Assembly (NCBI GenBank): GCA_950097015.1
Contig: CATNEN010000007.1
Location: forward strand, 11,346,001 to 11,410,000
Direction: 5' to 3'
Source of the DNA: Macrostomum hystrix
Taxonomy: Eukaryota > Animalia > Platyhelminthes
DNA length: 64,000 bases
This document shows positions 11,401 through 23,400 of this stretch, piece by piece. The notes under the pieces are model-generated. The model was not told the DNA's origin, did no database searches, and worked only from the letters and a program-made list of their open reading frames with translations. Position numbers and translations under genes: made by a program. Each line of letters begins with the position of its first letter. Positions within the stretch are counted from its first letter, which is position 1.

Positions 11401-14400
11401 CTTCCAGGCCTGTAGCAACGGGCAACGAGACTTCTTCTTCGTCTAAATGCTCCCCGTCTTCTGAAAATTACCCAGATTTTTCTCAACTTCTTCTTCAAAG
11501 ACCGCTTCAGCTTTCTGGCCACTGTCACTCGTCTTCTTCGGCTCAGTCTAGCAATACGACGCCTGGCAACCGCGTATCGTCTCAGGCGGCGCCTGGTGAT
11601 GGCTTGGAAGCGCCTGTAAAGCCTGGAAGCTCGCCTTCTGACAACGCACCTGGATCCAGTAGGGCAGCGCTTCGTGCTGCATGGATCTAAAAAGAAGCAC
11701 AAATATAATGTATAATCTTCATAGTTTTCGATCAGACTCTCCACTATCTCACCACCCAAGTCATATGCAGCTCGCACACATGCTATAATAGTATACATAG
11801 TCGTACGACAATAAGACTGCCACTCACTAGTTCTCTTCGCAGCACAAAATGCGCGAGTTCTGTAGCGCCGTCTATTACGAACTAGCCGTTTGTAGTATCC
11901 CCGGACTGTGCGACGGAGACGGAGTCTCAGTTTACTCTTCTGCCGTCTATATGATCGCGTCGAGCGCTTGCGGTACTTTCTAAGGGTTCGTTTCAGCGAC
12001 CGCCCTAGCCTTCGGAACCGGTTGGCCAGTCGTCGACCGCGAAGTCGCCGAGCAGCAACCCGTCTGAGTCGCCTGTTTCGTCGGATGGCCTTTACTGCAT
12101 GGCGTCGCCTTCTGGTGCTCAACCGTCTGCGCAGGCTGCGCGTTCCAAGACGGAAGCGCCTTCTGCTAAGTCTGGCGTACAGTCGGTAGAGACGGAAAGC
12201 GCGAGTTGGTATCCTTCTCACAATGCAGCGTTTGTCTCTGGAGCATCTTACTGTACTGCATGGGTCTAAAAATATGGTTGTGGATTTTTGCAAAGTGGGC
12301 AGCAAAAGTAACGTCTATCAAATGTCGCTTTACATTGCTAGATCCAGCATGGTCGTAAGTAAATTTGAATATCATAATTATTGAAATTGAACTAAAGTAG
12401 ACAAGCACAAACTATTTCCACGTAGATAAAAATACTCACTTGCTCTTCTTTCACATCGACCGACAGTTGTTGCTCGGCCACTTCTTGATCTGATCCTTCT
12501 CACTCTGCAGCTGTAGCCACGTCGGCAACGCTTACCACTGCATGGATTCTCGGCAACGCACATGGCACGACGAACAAATCTACGTCCTTTGTGTTTGCTC
12601 AACCGTTGCTTTGCCAGTCTAAGTTTTCTTTTGAGAGCAGTTGCAAGGTTGCTCTCATTTTTGTAGTACGACACAACAGCCCGTCTCAGTCTGCTCCGGC
12701 AGGTCTTTGACATCTTTCTATACAGATTGCGCATTTTCAATCGTATGGCAGCTTTGGCAGCCTTTGTTGCCTTTTTAGACTTAAAATAAAGAGCCTTAAA
12801 CAGCCTCAGTTTGTTTCCAAACCATCTCTTCAATGAAAAGACACGTTTTGTATACTTCTTCTCATTTCTTCTGAACTTGCGAACAACAGCCTTCGGAATA
12901 CGTGCGCGAGCAGACTTTCCTCTACGTCTTCGCGACATTTTTCTAAATAGCCTTCTGAATCGTCGGCCGTATCGTTTCGCAGCTCTTTTGAATCTTCCCC
13001 ACAGCCGAGAACGGGTCTTTCTCATCTTCTTGACAAATCTTCGTAAGTTCCGCTTGGCCTTGCGCGCTCGCCTGGTTCGAGAGCGTCTCGACCTAATGCG
13101 CCTAAGGGCACTTCTGAGCCAGAATCTGAATGATCTTAGCCCTCTTCTGCTAGTCTTGCGACCCTTGATTGCCCTTCTTGCCCGTCGACCAAATCTCCTT
13201 GCGAAAGTGGATCTATGATTCACTCGGTGTCGTCGCCTGAGTCTCTGCACGGCACGTAGCAGCCGGGCGTGGAAGCGCTTGTAGGCTCGCCTCACACTAA
13301 TGCGGTAAAGCCTGTACCACCAAGTGGGAACATTTCTGACCACGCACCGCTTTCCAGTCGAACAGCGAACGTTTCTGCAGGATCCTAAAATGTTTATTAA
13401 GGCAGAAAAATCTGCATGAAGGCGCATCTGCATAAACAAGGTAAAAAACTGAATTCAATATAAATTTCCAACTTTAAAGGCTTACTTGCAACTCTTCTGA
13501 TGCACCGAGCCACAGTTCTTACTCGGTTCTTGAATGCAGCCTTGCCTTGCTTCTTACGTAGTGACCTAAGCCTTTTGATGTAACCTCTTCTTGCAAGCTT
13601 AACTGATCGTCGATATTGACGGAAGGCTGCGCGCCGGATCCTTCTAAAGCTTTTCAGTCGACGTTGGAATGCGGACCTCAGTCGCTTCTTATCGGCCGCA
13701 GACTTTGCTCTTTTGAAGCTGGAGCGATAAATTGCGACGTATTTGCGGAAATTTTTCGAAGCCTGGCGCGATCTTCGGTGATATGCTAGGACAATCTTTT
13801 TGTGACTCGCGAAATATGATCGAGCCAAAGCTTGTCTTTGACTTAGGAAGGCCTTGAAATTCTTAGTGAACCGTCTGACATGTCTGCACGAGAATCCTTT
13901 CTTACACTTGATTCTTACGCACTGGTTAACAACACATTGCGCAGATTTCCGCAGAATTGTGCTCTTCTTGTATTTTCGAGAATGAAGATACATTCCGCGT
14001 CTGAATTTTTCCCTCAGACTTCTCATCGCATTAACAAACTTCCTGCGTTGACTACGAAGGTTTGACACAAAGGATTGCCTGCGAAGCTTCCACGTCTTCT
14101 TTAAGCTCTTGACAATGGCGGACTTCCTAGCCTTTGCCGCCCTTTTAATGGCCAGCTTGGACAATGTAGATGCACGTCTAAAGGTACGCCTTAACGCACG
14201 ACGAGACTTTCTGAAGCTCAATCTAAGAGCACGTCGGCGCCTGCGATATCCCTTCACCATCGACTTCCGAACGGAATAAAACTTGCGGCCCGTGTTTGAT
14301 ACGTAACGCCTAATGATGCACCGTTGTCCTTTTAAGCATCGTTTCTTTGAGCACAAGCCTAAAAGTACAAAACACGTTATATGTGTCCAAGCACAAAATT

Positions 14401-17400
14401 TCGAAGCAACGATTACTACATACATATTGCAAATCATATATACATATTTACTAGGAACGTCACCCAATACTTTCTAAACTTACCACTCGGACGTCGCGGC
14501 TTTCTAACACATCTCTTTGATCCACGGAGAGCTCGTCTCAAACGTTTGCTCAGCCAAAACAATCTTCGTTTGTGACTACGGACTAGCGAGCTCAGTCGTC
14601 TGCTGTGCACTCCTGCAAGTTGAGCCCTGCGTCTGGCGTAGCTGGACACTACTGACGAGTGCAACTGGCACCTGTACCTCACAGTCATGTACTTGAAAGT
14701 TCCCACACAAGGATCTCCGAACACGGAGTTCGAGCTGTGAACTCTGCACGATCGTCTGTTGCTGCACTTGGATGCGATCACTCCGTTGGCTCGTCCACTG
14801 TTGCACGAGTATGTTCTTCGAGGTCCGTATGCGCAGAATCGGTTCGAGGTTCTGCCGTAGAACCCGTTCAGCACCTGGATGACATATCTAGCTGGACAAC
14901 TGATGGACACGAACTGGTGCTCGCATGCATGCTTCTCGTGCTCAGCTAGAACATAAAACAGGTTATATTAATATGCGCCTACGTTGAAGTTGTACGTAAC
15001 TTATAAATATAATTTCTGCGGCGTAAGCTCACCAAGGAAGCGTCTCGGAGTTCGACTTCGGCTCATCAAAGCCGCATGTCGTCGTCTCTCAGCGGCAGTC
15101 CTGCTTGTGTAAGCTCGTGTCAGCCTGCTGATTCTGTTTCTTAGCATTCCGATTCGCCTGCTGGACCTTCTGGTGGCGCAATTCTCGCTTCTGGTGCATC
15201 TTCGTCGACCGCAAAGGCCTGCGTTTATGCAAAAAGTTTGCTTTTCAAGGCAATGCCAGATTTACGATTTGCGCGCTTACAGTGGTTAGGTTACTTCGTG
15301 CTGATTTAAGATCGTGGATTTGCTTCCTTTTATACTATTTTTAATAATACTATTTTCGACTTAGTCAGACTTTAGGACCTCAGAAAGGAATGCAAAAAAC
15401 CACAAGATTTCGAAAACCTCCTCGACAACAAAAGTACAAGGCCTCACCAATCGGCTTGGGTCCAACGCAGCGTGCGACAAGGCGTCTCGATCGTCCAACT
15501 CGCCTTGTGACGCATCGCTTGAACCGACCACAGCGAACTCGCTTGCATAGATCTGGATTGAGTTCATGTTGGCACTCTGATGCGTGCTGTAAGAGAACTA
15601 CTATGATAACGCACACGGCAAACGAGACTCACTTGCGAATGGCTTCTTCACACAAGCTGCCCTTCGCCTGACAATGCGAACGCGTCGTCCCCTGCGTCTG
15701 AATACTCGTCCGAAGTAGCGCACAATGCACCTTTGTCCGTTCTGACAACGCAGCTTGTCGCACGGGTCTGGAAGGTGAGAAGCAAACTGTTCAGTCAGCA
15801 GTGATGAAACTAACTCAATAAATGAATAAGCCTCGATACTCACTCTTCTTGCTGACGCATCGGGTTCTGAGCTTGCTGCCACGACGGGTCCTCACTCGGT
15901 ATTCCACACACTTGAAGCCTCTGCTGCACTTGCGAGACTTGCAGTCACCACTGGTTCTCTTGGTGCACTTTGGCACTCGTTGGTATCGAGTGAACCTTCT
16001 TGTGACTCTCTTTGTGACACGTCGACAGCGGCATCGGCGGATGAACTTGGACAGGTGAGACAGGTTCATGCGTCTCAGTCGGTCGCTGCCGAATGAGATG
16101 GCTTGACGGATGAAGCTGAGCACCTTTTTGATGCGATCACTGGTCGTGTTGATGACCTGACCGTTTCCTCTAGACAAGAATTGGTACTCCTTGTGATAGC
16201 TACTGCCACACAGACGACCCGTGACGAGGAAAATCACCTGTAGTGACTTTCTATTGATGATTTCTCGCACCTATGTTCGTGTGAGATTAGAAGCAATCAG
16301 TTATTGACCCGAAGTCGACACATACAGAGGTACCAGTGTTTGCTGATTGAGGCTCACCTGGCGTCTCCTGCTATGGTCCTTTGCGCTCGCATCTGTGAAC
16401 ACGTAGATGACGGATCCGGGCTTCACCCTTCTGGCTGCAGCTAGAATGCCGGCCATGCTCATCTCAGGACAGTCGCCACCTCCGCTGGCTCTCAGCTTGC
16501 TCACAGCAGCGTAAATTGAGGCGGCATTCGAGCTGACAGTGACTGGGCCAACCTGCAAAGTGTGTTAGAACTCCTCTTTAAATATTCAATGGCCAGTCTT
16601 TCGGATGACGACAGTGCATTTCGAGCTGACTGCTCGGTTGAAAATCTTCGAGCAATACCTTTGGATCGTTGAACGGCGAGATGACGAACTGGCGAATCGT
16701 GCGTCGGTTCGCTGCCACAATCTGCTTGATGCTCGATCGGATTCCATTGATCACTCTGCCCATGCTGCCTGTTGTGTCGACCACGAACGCCATGTCGACC
16801 TGACCGGCCTTGCTCAGTGTGGACGGCTTCACCAAGACGCTCCTGCACGGACACTTCTTGGACACTCGGGTCACAGTGCGTGTCACTGTTGTAAAACGGT
16901 AGCCAACGCGACACCGGTATCCGGACTTGCACTTCAGTCGGCTGCACAGGTCTACAGGTCGTAATATAAGGTGAATTTGTATGGTGGACAAGACATGTGG
17001 AGCAAACTAATGCTTGTGGCCTAACTAGCTTTTCTTTTGACGATTAATTGAGATGACAGACACAATCGCTTGCTTACTTCTGATTGGCTGACAGGAGACA
17101 GTTGGGACGAATCGGAAGGCAGCTCGCACCCGTCGTCTGACGCTGCGAACAACGCATCGCCTACCACGACCACACTTCACCTTGGCACAGAGACCTGGAA
17201 CGGTTGGAATGGTGCTTATTTGAATTTCATTATTTGAAGTTTTCATTTGCTTTGATAAAAGGTTTAATCCAAATTATGCTTTGCTCAAATGGTGTGTGTG
17301 TTTATTTTGAGCTGACAAGTTTTTGTGCAATTTCCTGTGGCTGTTTGACATTCGGTGAGTTCCCTATTGTTGATTTTGGATTAAAACCGTAAAAGTATAG

Positions 17401-20400
17401 CTTGAAATAGCTTAAAATGATGCTTTTAGTGTGTGGAATGTTTGATTGGGCCCCGTTTATAACAATTACATTTTCGTGTTCCTTTGCTTTCAGAAGTTAG
17501 ATTAATTTGTCGATTTCTGTGATTTTAGTATACTCGTTGTAATTCAAAATAGTGTTATGTGCGTGCATAATACTACAATTCGTCTTGCTTTTTCAAGGGA
17601 CTAAACCTTACCGTTAGCAAAGGTATAATAATAATCTTTGCTCTAAATTTTCTTTACAGCACCTAGGCACCCCTTTGCTTTGGTCAGCTGTCCAAGGAAA
17701 AAAAATCCAAGATATTCATCTAATATTACTCTTCCATGGTTATACTAAAGAAAAGTGGAAATATGTTTTTTTTAGATTTTAAACTTGGCAATGTGCTTTC
17801 TCCCGTCTTTTAAGAACAAAAGAGTCAAGTCGATGATTTCAAAGATTTTTTTCTTTTGAACTCACTTTTCGTTTCACTTGACTTGCGGACGCATCTCTTG
17901 GATCCGCGAAGAGCTCGTCTCAACCGCCTGATCAGCGAGGCGACTCTGCTTCGGTGGCGGCGACCAAGAGCGCTCAACCGTCTGCTGTGCACTCCTGCAA
18001 GTTGAGCCCTGCGTCTGGCGTAGCTGGACACTACTGACGAGTGCAACTGGCACCTGTACCTCACAGTCATGTACTTGAAAGTTCCCACACAAGGATCTCC
18101 GAACACGGAGTTCGAGCTGTGAACTCTGCACGATCGTCTGTTGCTGCACTTGGATGCGATCACTCCGTTGGCTCGTCCACTGTTGCACGAGTATGTTCTT
18201 CGAGGTCCGTATGCGCAGAATCGGTTCGAGGTTCTGCCGTAGAACCCGTTCAGCACCTGGATGACATATCTAGCTGGACAACTGATGGACACGAACTGGT
18301 GCTCGCATGCATGCTTCTCGTGCTCAGCTAGAACATAAAACAGGTTATATTAATATGCGCCTACGTTGAAGTTGTACGTAACTTATAAATATAATTTCTG
18401 CGGCGTAAGCTCACCAAGGAAGCGTCTCGGAGTTCGACTTCGGCTCATCAAAGCCGCATGTCGTCGTCTCTCAGCGGCAGTCCTGCTTGTGTAAGCTCGT
18501 GTCAGCCTGCTGATTCTGTTTCTTAGCATTCCGATTCGCCTGCTGGACCTTCTGGTGGCGCAATTCTCGCTTCTGGTGCATCTTCGTCGACCGCAAAGGC
18601 CTGCGTTTATGCAAAAAGTTTGCTTTTCAAGGCAATGCCAGATTTACGATTTGCGCGCTTACAGTGGTTAGGTTACTTCGTGCTGATTTACGAGCGTAAG
18701 ATCGTGGATTTGCTTCCTTTTATACTATTTTTAATAATACTATTTTCGACTTAGTCAGACTTTAGGACCTCAGAAAGGAATGCAAAAAACCACAAGATTT
18801 CGAAAACCTCCTCGACAACAAAAGTACAAGGCCTCACCAATCGGCTTGGGTCCAACGCAGCGTGCGACAAGGCGTCTCGATCGTCCAACTCGCCTTGTGA
18901 CGCATCGCTTGAACCGACCACAGCGAACTCGCTTGCATAGATCTGGATTGAGTTCATGTTGGCACTCTGATGCGTGCTGTAAGAGAACTACTATGATAAC
19001 GCACACGGCAAACGAGACTCACTTGCGAATGGCTTCTTCACACAAGCTGCCCTTCGCCTGACAATGCGAACGCGTCGTCCCCTGCGTCTGAATACTCGTC
19101 CGAAGTAGCGCACAATGCACCTTTGTCCGTTCTGACAACGCAGCTTGTCGCACGGGTCTGGAAGGTGAGAAGCAAACTGTTCAGTCAGCAGTGATGAAAC
19201 TAACTCAATAAATGAATAAGCCTCGATACTCACTCTTCTTGCTGACGCATCGGGTTCTGAGCTTGCTGCCACGACGGGTCCTCACTCGGTATTCCACACA
19301 CTTGAAGCCTCTGCTGCACTTGCGAGACTTGCAGTCACCACTGGTTCTCTTGGTGCACTTTGGCACTCGTTGGTATCGAGTGAACCTTCTTGTGACTCTC
19401 TTTGTGACACGTCGACAGCGGCATCGGCGGATGAACTTGGACAGGTGAGACAGGTTCATGCGTCTCAGTCGGTCGCTGCCGAATGAGATGGCTTGACGGA
19501 TGAAGCTGAGCACCTTTTTGATGCGATCACTGGTCGTGTTGATGACCTGACCGTTTCCTCTAGACAAGAATTGGTACTCCTTGTGATAGCTACTGCCACA
19601 CAGACGACCCGTGACGAGGAAAATCACCTGTAGTGACTTTCTATTGATGATTTCTCGCACCTATGTTCGTGTGAGATTAGAAGCAATCAGTTATTGACCC
19701 GAAGTCGACACATACAGAGGTACCAGTGTTTGCTGATTGAGGCTCACCTGGCGTCTCCTGCTATGGTCCTTTGCGCTCGCATCTGTGAACACGTAGATGA
19801 CGGATCCGGGCTTCACCCTTCTGGCTGCAGCTAGAATGCCGGCCATGCTCATCTCAGGACAGTCGCCACCTCCGCTGGCTCTCAGCTTGCTCACAGCAGC
19901 GTAAATTGAGGCGGCATTCGAGCTGACAGTGACTGGGCCAACCTGCAAAGTGTGTTAGAACTCCTCTTTAAATATTCAATGGCCAGTCTTTCGGATGACG
20001 ACAGTGCATTTCGAGCTGACTGCTCGGTTGAAAATCTTCGAGCAATACCTTTGGATCGTTGAACGGCGAGATGACGAACTGGCGGATCGTGCGTCGGTTC
20101 GCTGCCACAATCTGCTTGATGCTCGATCGGATTCCATTGATCACTCTGCCCATGCTGCCTGTTGTGTCGACCACGAACGCCATGTCGACCTGACCGGCCT
20201 TGCTCAGTGTGGACGGCTTCACCAAGACGCTCCTGCACGGACACTTCTTGGACACTCGGGTCACAGTGCGTGTCACTGTTGTAAAACGGTAGCCAACGCG
20301 ACACCGGTATCCGGACTTGCACTTCAGTCGGCTGCACAGGTCTACAGGTCGTAATATAAGGTGAATTTGTATGGTGGACAAGACATGTGGAGCAAACTAA

Positions 20401-23400
20401 TGCTTGTGGCCTAACTAGCTTTTCTTTTGACGATTAATTGAGATGACAGACACAATCTTTTGTAGACCAGGAATTCTTTAGATAGCGCAAAGGCCACGAA
20501 CTACGTACAAGGAGATTTGATATATTTATACTAACAAAATATGGCTGGGGGTGACAATGGCACGTGGAGAGCAGGGAGTAAGAACAGAGCACGTTGTGTC
20601 GCACGCGCAGGTGACACACGCGGCCCACGCACGCATAGGAAAATGGGCGTGCATTGAGCAACGATAAGTTAATAGAGTACATTCAAGTCCGGTTGAAAAT
20701 TCAAGTCACAACATCCCTCCACACCAAAGCTAAAAATAAATTGAATAACACCGCGAATAGTCAATCCACCGTACATTGGAGCTGATAGTCATTTAAGCAG
20801 AGTCACTAAATCACTGGTAGCCCAATCGGTCAGGTGGTCCGCACTTCCTGCTTGAGCGCCTCGGCAATCCCTCACCAGTGGCCTCATGGGTCTCGGAAAC
20901 ACCTGGCAGGACCACCGCCGCTTCTGCCTGGCCACCAGGTGGGGGCGAAGTTGGCAGCTGTGACTGGGGCTCTTCAGCAGTCAGGGTAGGCCCAGCCGGC
21001 TTGCGCACCTGGTCCACATGGCGATGGGCGTCCCGTCCATCTTCGAAACGGCAGGTGAAGGACGTAGCGCCAGAACTCGCCGTCACGGTCGCCGGCTTCC
21101 AGTGACCTTCGTTCGCGAAGTCGCGGGCAAGCACGGCGTCCCCGACCTCCACCCGACGGTCGCGGGCGTGGATGTCGTGGTGCTGCTTTTGCAACGCTTG
21201 CTGCTGAGAGACCCTGGCCGGCACATCTGGGCGGACTCGATCGAGAAGTGAGTGAAGCCGTCGTCCCATCAGCAGCTCACACGGGGCCACCCCAGTAGTG
21301 GCGTGCGGAGTCACCCGATATGTCAGGAGGAATCGGGACACCCGCTCTTCCAGCGTACCGCCTCGTTGTTTGGCCAGTGAGCGCTTCAGAGTTTGCACCG
21401 CCCGTTCCGCCTGGCCGTTGGACGCCGGATGATAGGGCGCCGTGCGCACGTGCTTGATGCCGTTCCGCTCCAGAAATGCCTCCATTTCCGCGCTGACTAG
21501 ATTTGGCCCATTGTCCGAGACGAGCACGTCGGGTAGGCCGTGTGTGGCGAAGCTCTGCCTCAGTCTCTCGATTGTCGCGGCCGAGGACGTTGACGGCATG
21601 ACGTGTACCTCCATCCACTTCGAGTGGGCGTCGACGATCACGAGCAGCATTCGTCCCTCCACTGGCCCAGCGTAGTCGATGTGGAGGCGCGACCACGGCC
21701 TGTCCGGCCACGCCCACGGTTGCAGTGGGAACGGCCGCGGGGACTTTGAAAGCTCCTGGCAGTCGGGACACGCGCTGACGAGCTGCTCAATGGCCTCGTC
21801 GAGTTTGGGCCACCAGAAAAAGCTGCGGGCGAGCGCCTTCATCCGGGAGGCGCCTTGATGACCCTGGTGAAGGCATTGGAGCAGAGCCGACCGGCCCGCC
21901 GCTGGCACCAGCACTCGGCAGCCCCACAACAGGCAGCCATCCTGGATGCTAAGTTCGTCGGCACGTGAGTGGTACGGCTGCAGCTCCGGGGGCGTCTGCG
22001 CTGGCCAGCAGCCGGACTCCGTGTAGCGCAGAATTCTGGACAGGTCCGGGTCGGTCCGAGTCCATGCCCGAATGTGGCCCGCTGTCACCGGCCCCTCATC
22101 TAACATGTCCATCGTGAGCACAATCTCTGCCGGTACAGGTGCATCCCGTGGTCTCTCAGGCAGGGGCAGGCGGCTTAGTGCATCGGCTCGGAGCAGGGAC
22201 TTGCCGGCTCGGTGGACCATATTGTACCGATAGCCGGCCAGGAGCAGAGCCCACCGCTGGATCCTGCCCGAAGCCATCGCAGGGATCGGCTTGGACTCGT
22301 GCAGGAGTCCCAGCAGCGGCTTGTGGTCGCTCACCAGCATGAATTCCCGGCCGTACAGATACGTGTGAAACTTCTTCACTCCGTAGACAACCGCGAGAGC
22401 CTCCTTCTCCAGCTGCGAATAATTGGCCTCAGCATCGTGCAGAGTACGCGAGGCGAACGCAATCGGCTTGTCGACTCCGTTGACCCGGTGGCAAATGACT
22501 GCGCCGATGCCGTATGGTGAAGCATCGCATTCCAACACCAGGGGCAGCTTGTCGTCGAAGTGAACCAGCACCGGCGCTCTGCTGATCAGCTCCTTGCACT
22601 TGTGGAATGCTGCGTCCTGGGATGCGCCCCAGTGCCACGGGCTATCGCGGTTCAGCAAGCGGTGCAGAGGTGCCAGCTCGGTCGACAGGTTGGGCAGGAA
22701 TTTGCCGTAATAGTTTACCAGGCCCAGGAAGCTGCGCAGCTGGGTCGGGTCTCGGGGGGCTGGTGCCTCCTGGACAGCCCGCACTTTGTCCTGCATTGGA
22801 TGCAGTCCCGTGGCGTCGATCTTGTGACCGAGGTAGCTGACACTCTCCTGCAGGAAATCGCATTTGCTCAGGCCGCACCGTAGGCCGCTCTGCTGTAGCC
22901 GTTGGAGCACCTGCTCGAGGTTCCGCAGGTGGTCACCATCATCTGTTCCGGTTACGAGCAAGTCGTCGATGAAGCACGCTACGTGCGGAACTCCTTGCAG
23001 CAGACAGTCCATCTGTCTCTGGAAGATGCCCACGGCAGGAGCAACTCCGAACGGAAGTCTAGTGTACCGCAGCAGACCTTTGGAGGTGTTAACGGTGCAG
23101 AGTTCTTGCGATGCTTCGTCAAGCGGCATCTGTAGGCATGCCTGGCATAGGTCGAGCTTTGTGAATCGTTTCCCGCCAGCCAGCTTGGTGAAAAGCTCGT
23201 CAATCCTCGGCACTGGGTATGTGTCCGGCTCCACGTCGAGATTAACAGTCTGTTTAAAGTCGGCACATATGCGAACGGAGCCATCCGTCTTTAGCACTGG
23301 GACGATCGGGGATGCATAGTCTGAACTACCGACAGGTTTCAGCACACCCTGTTCGATTTCCTTGTCGAGCTGCGCTTCAACTTTTTCCTTCAGTGCGAGC

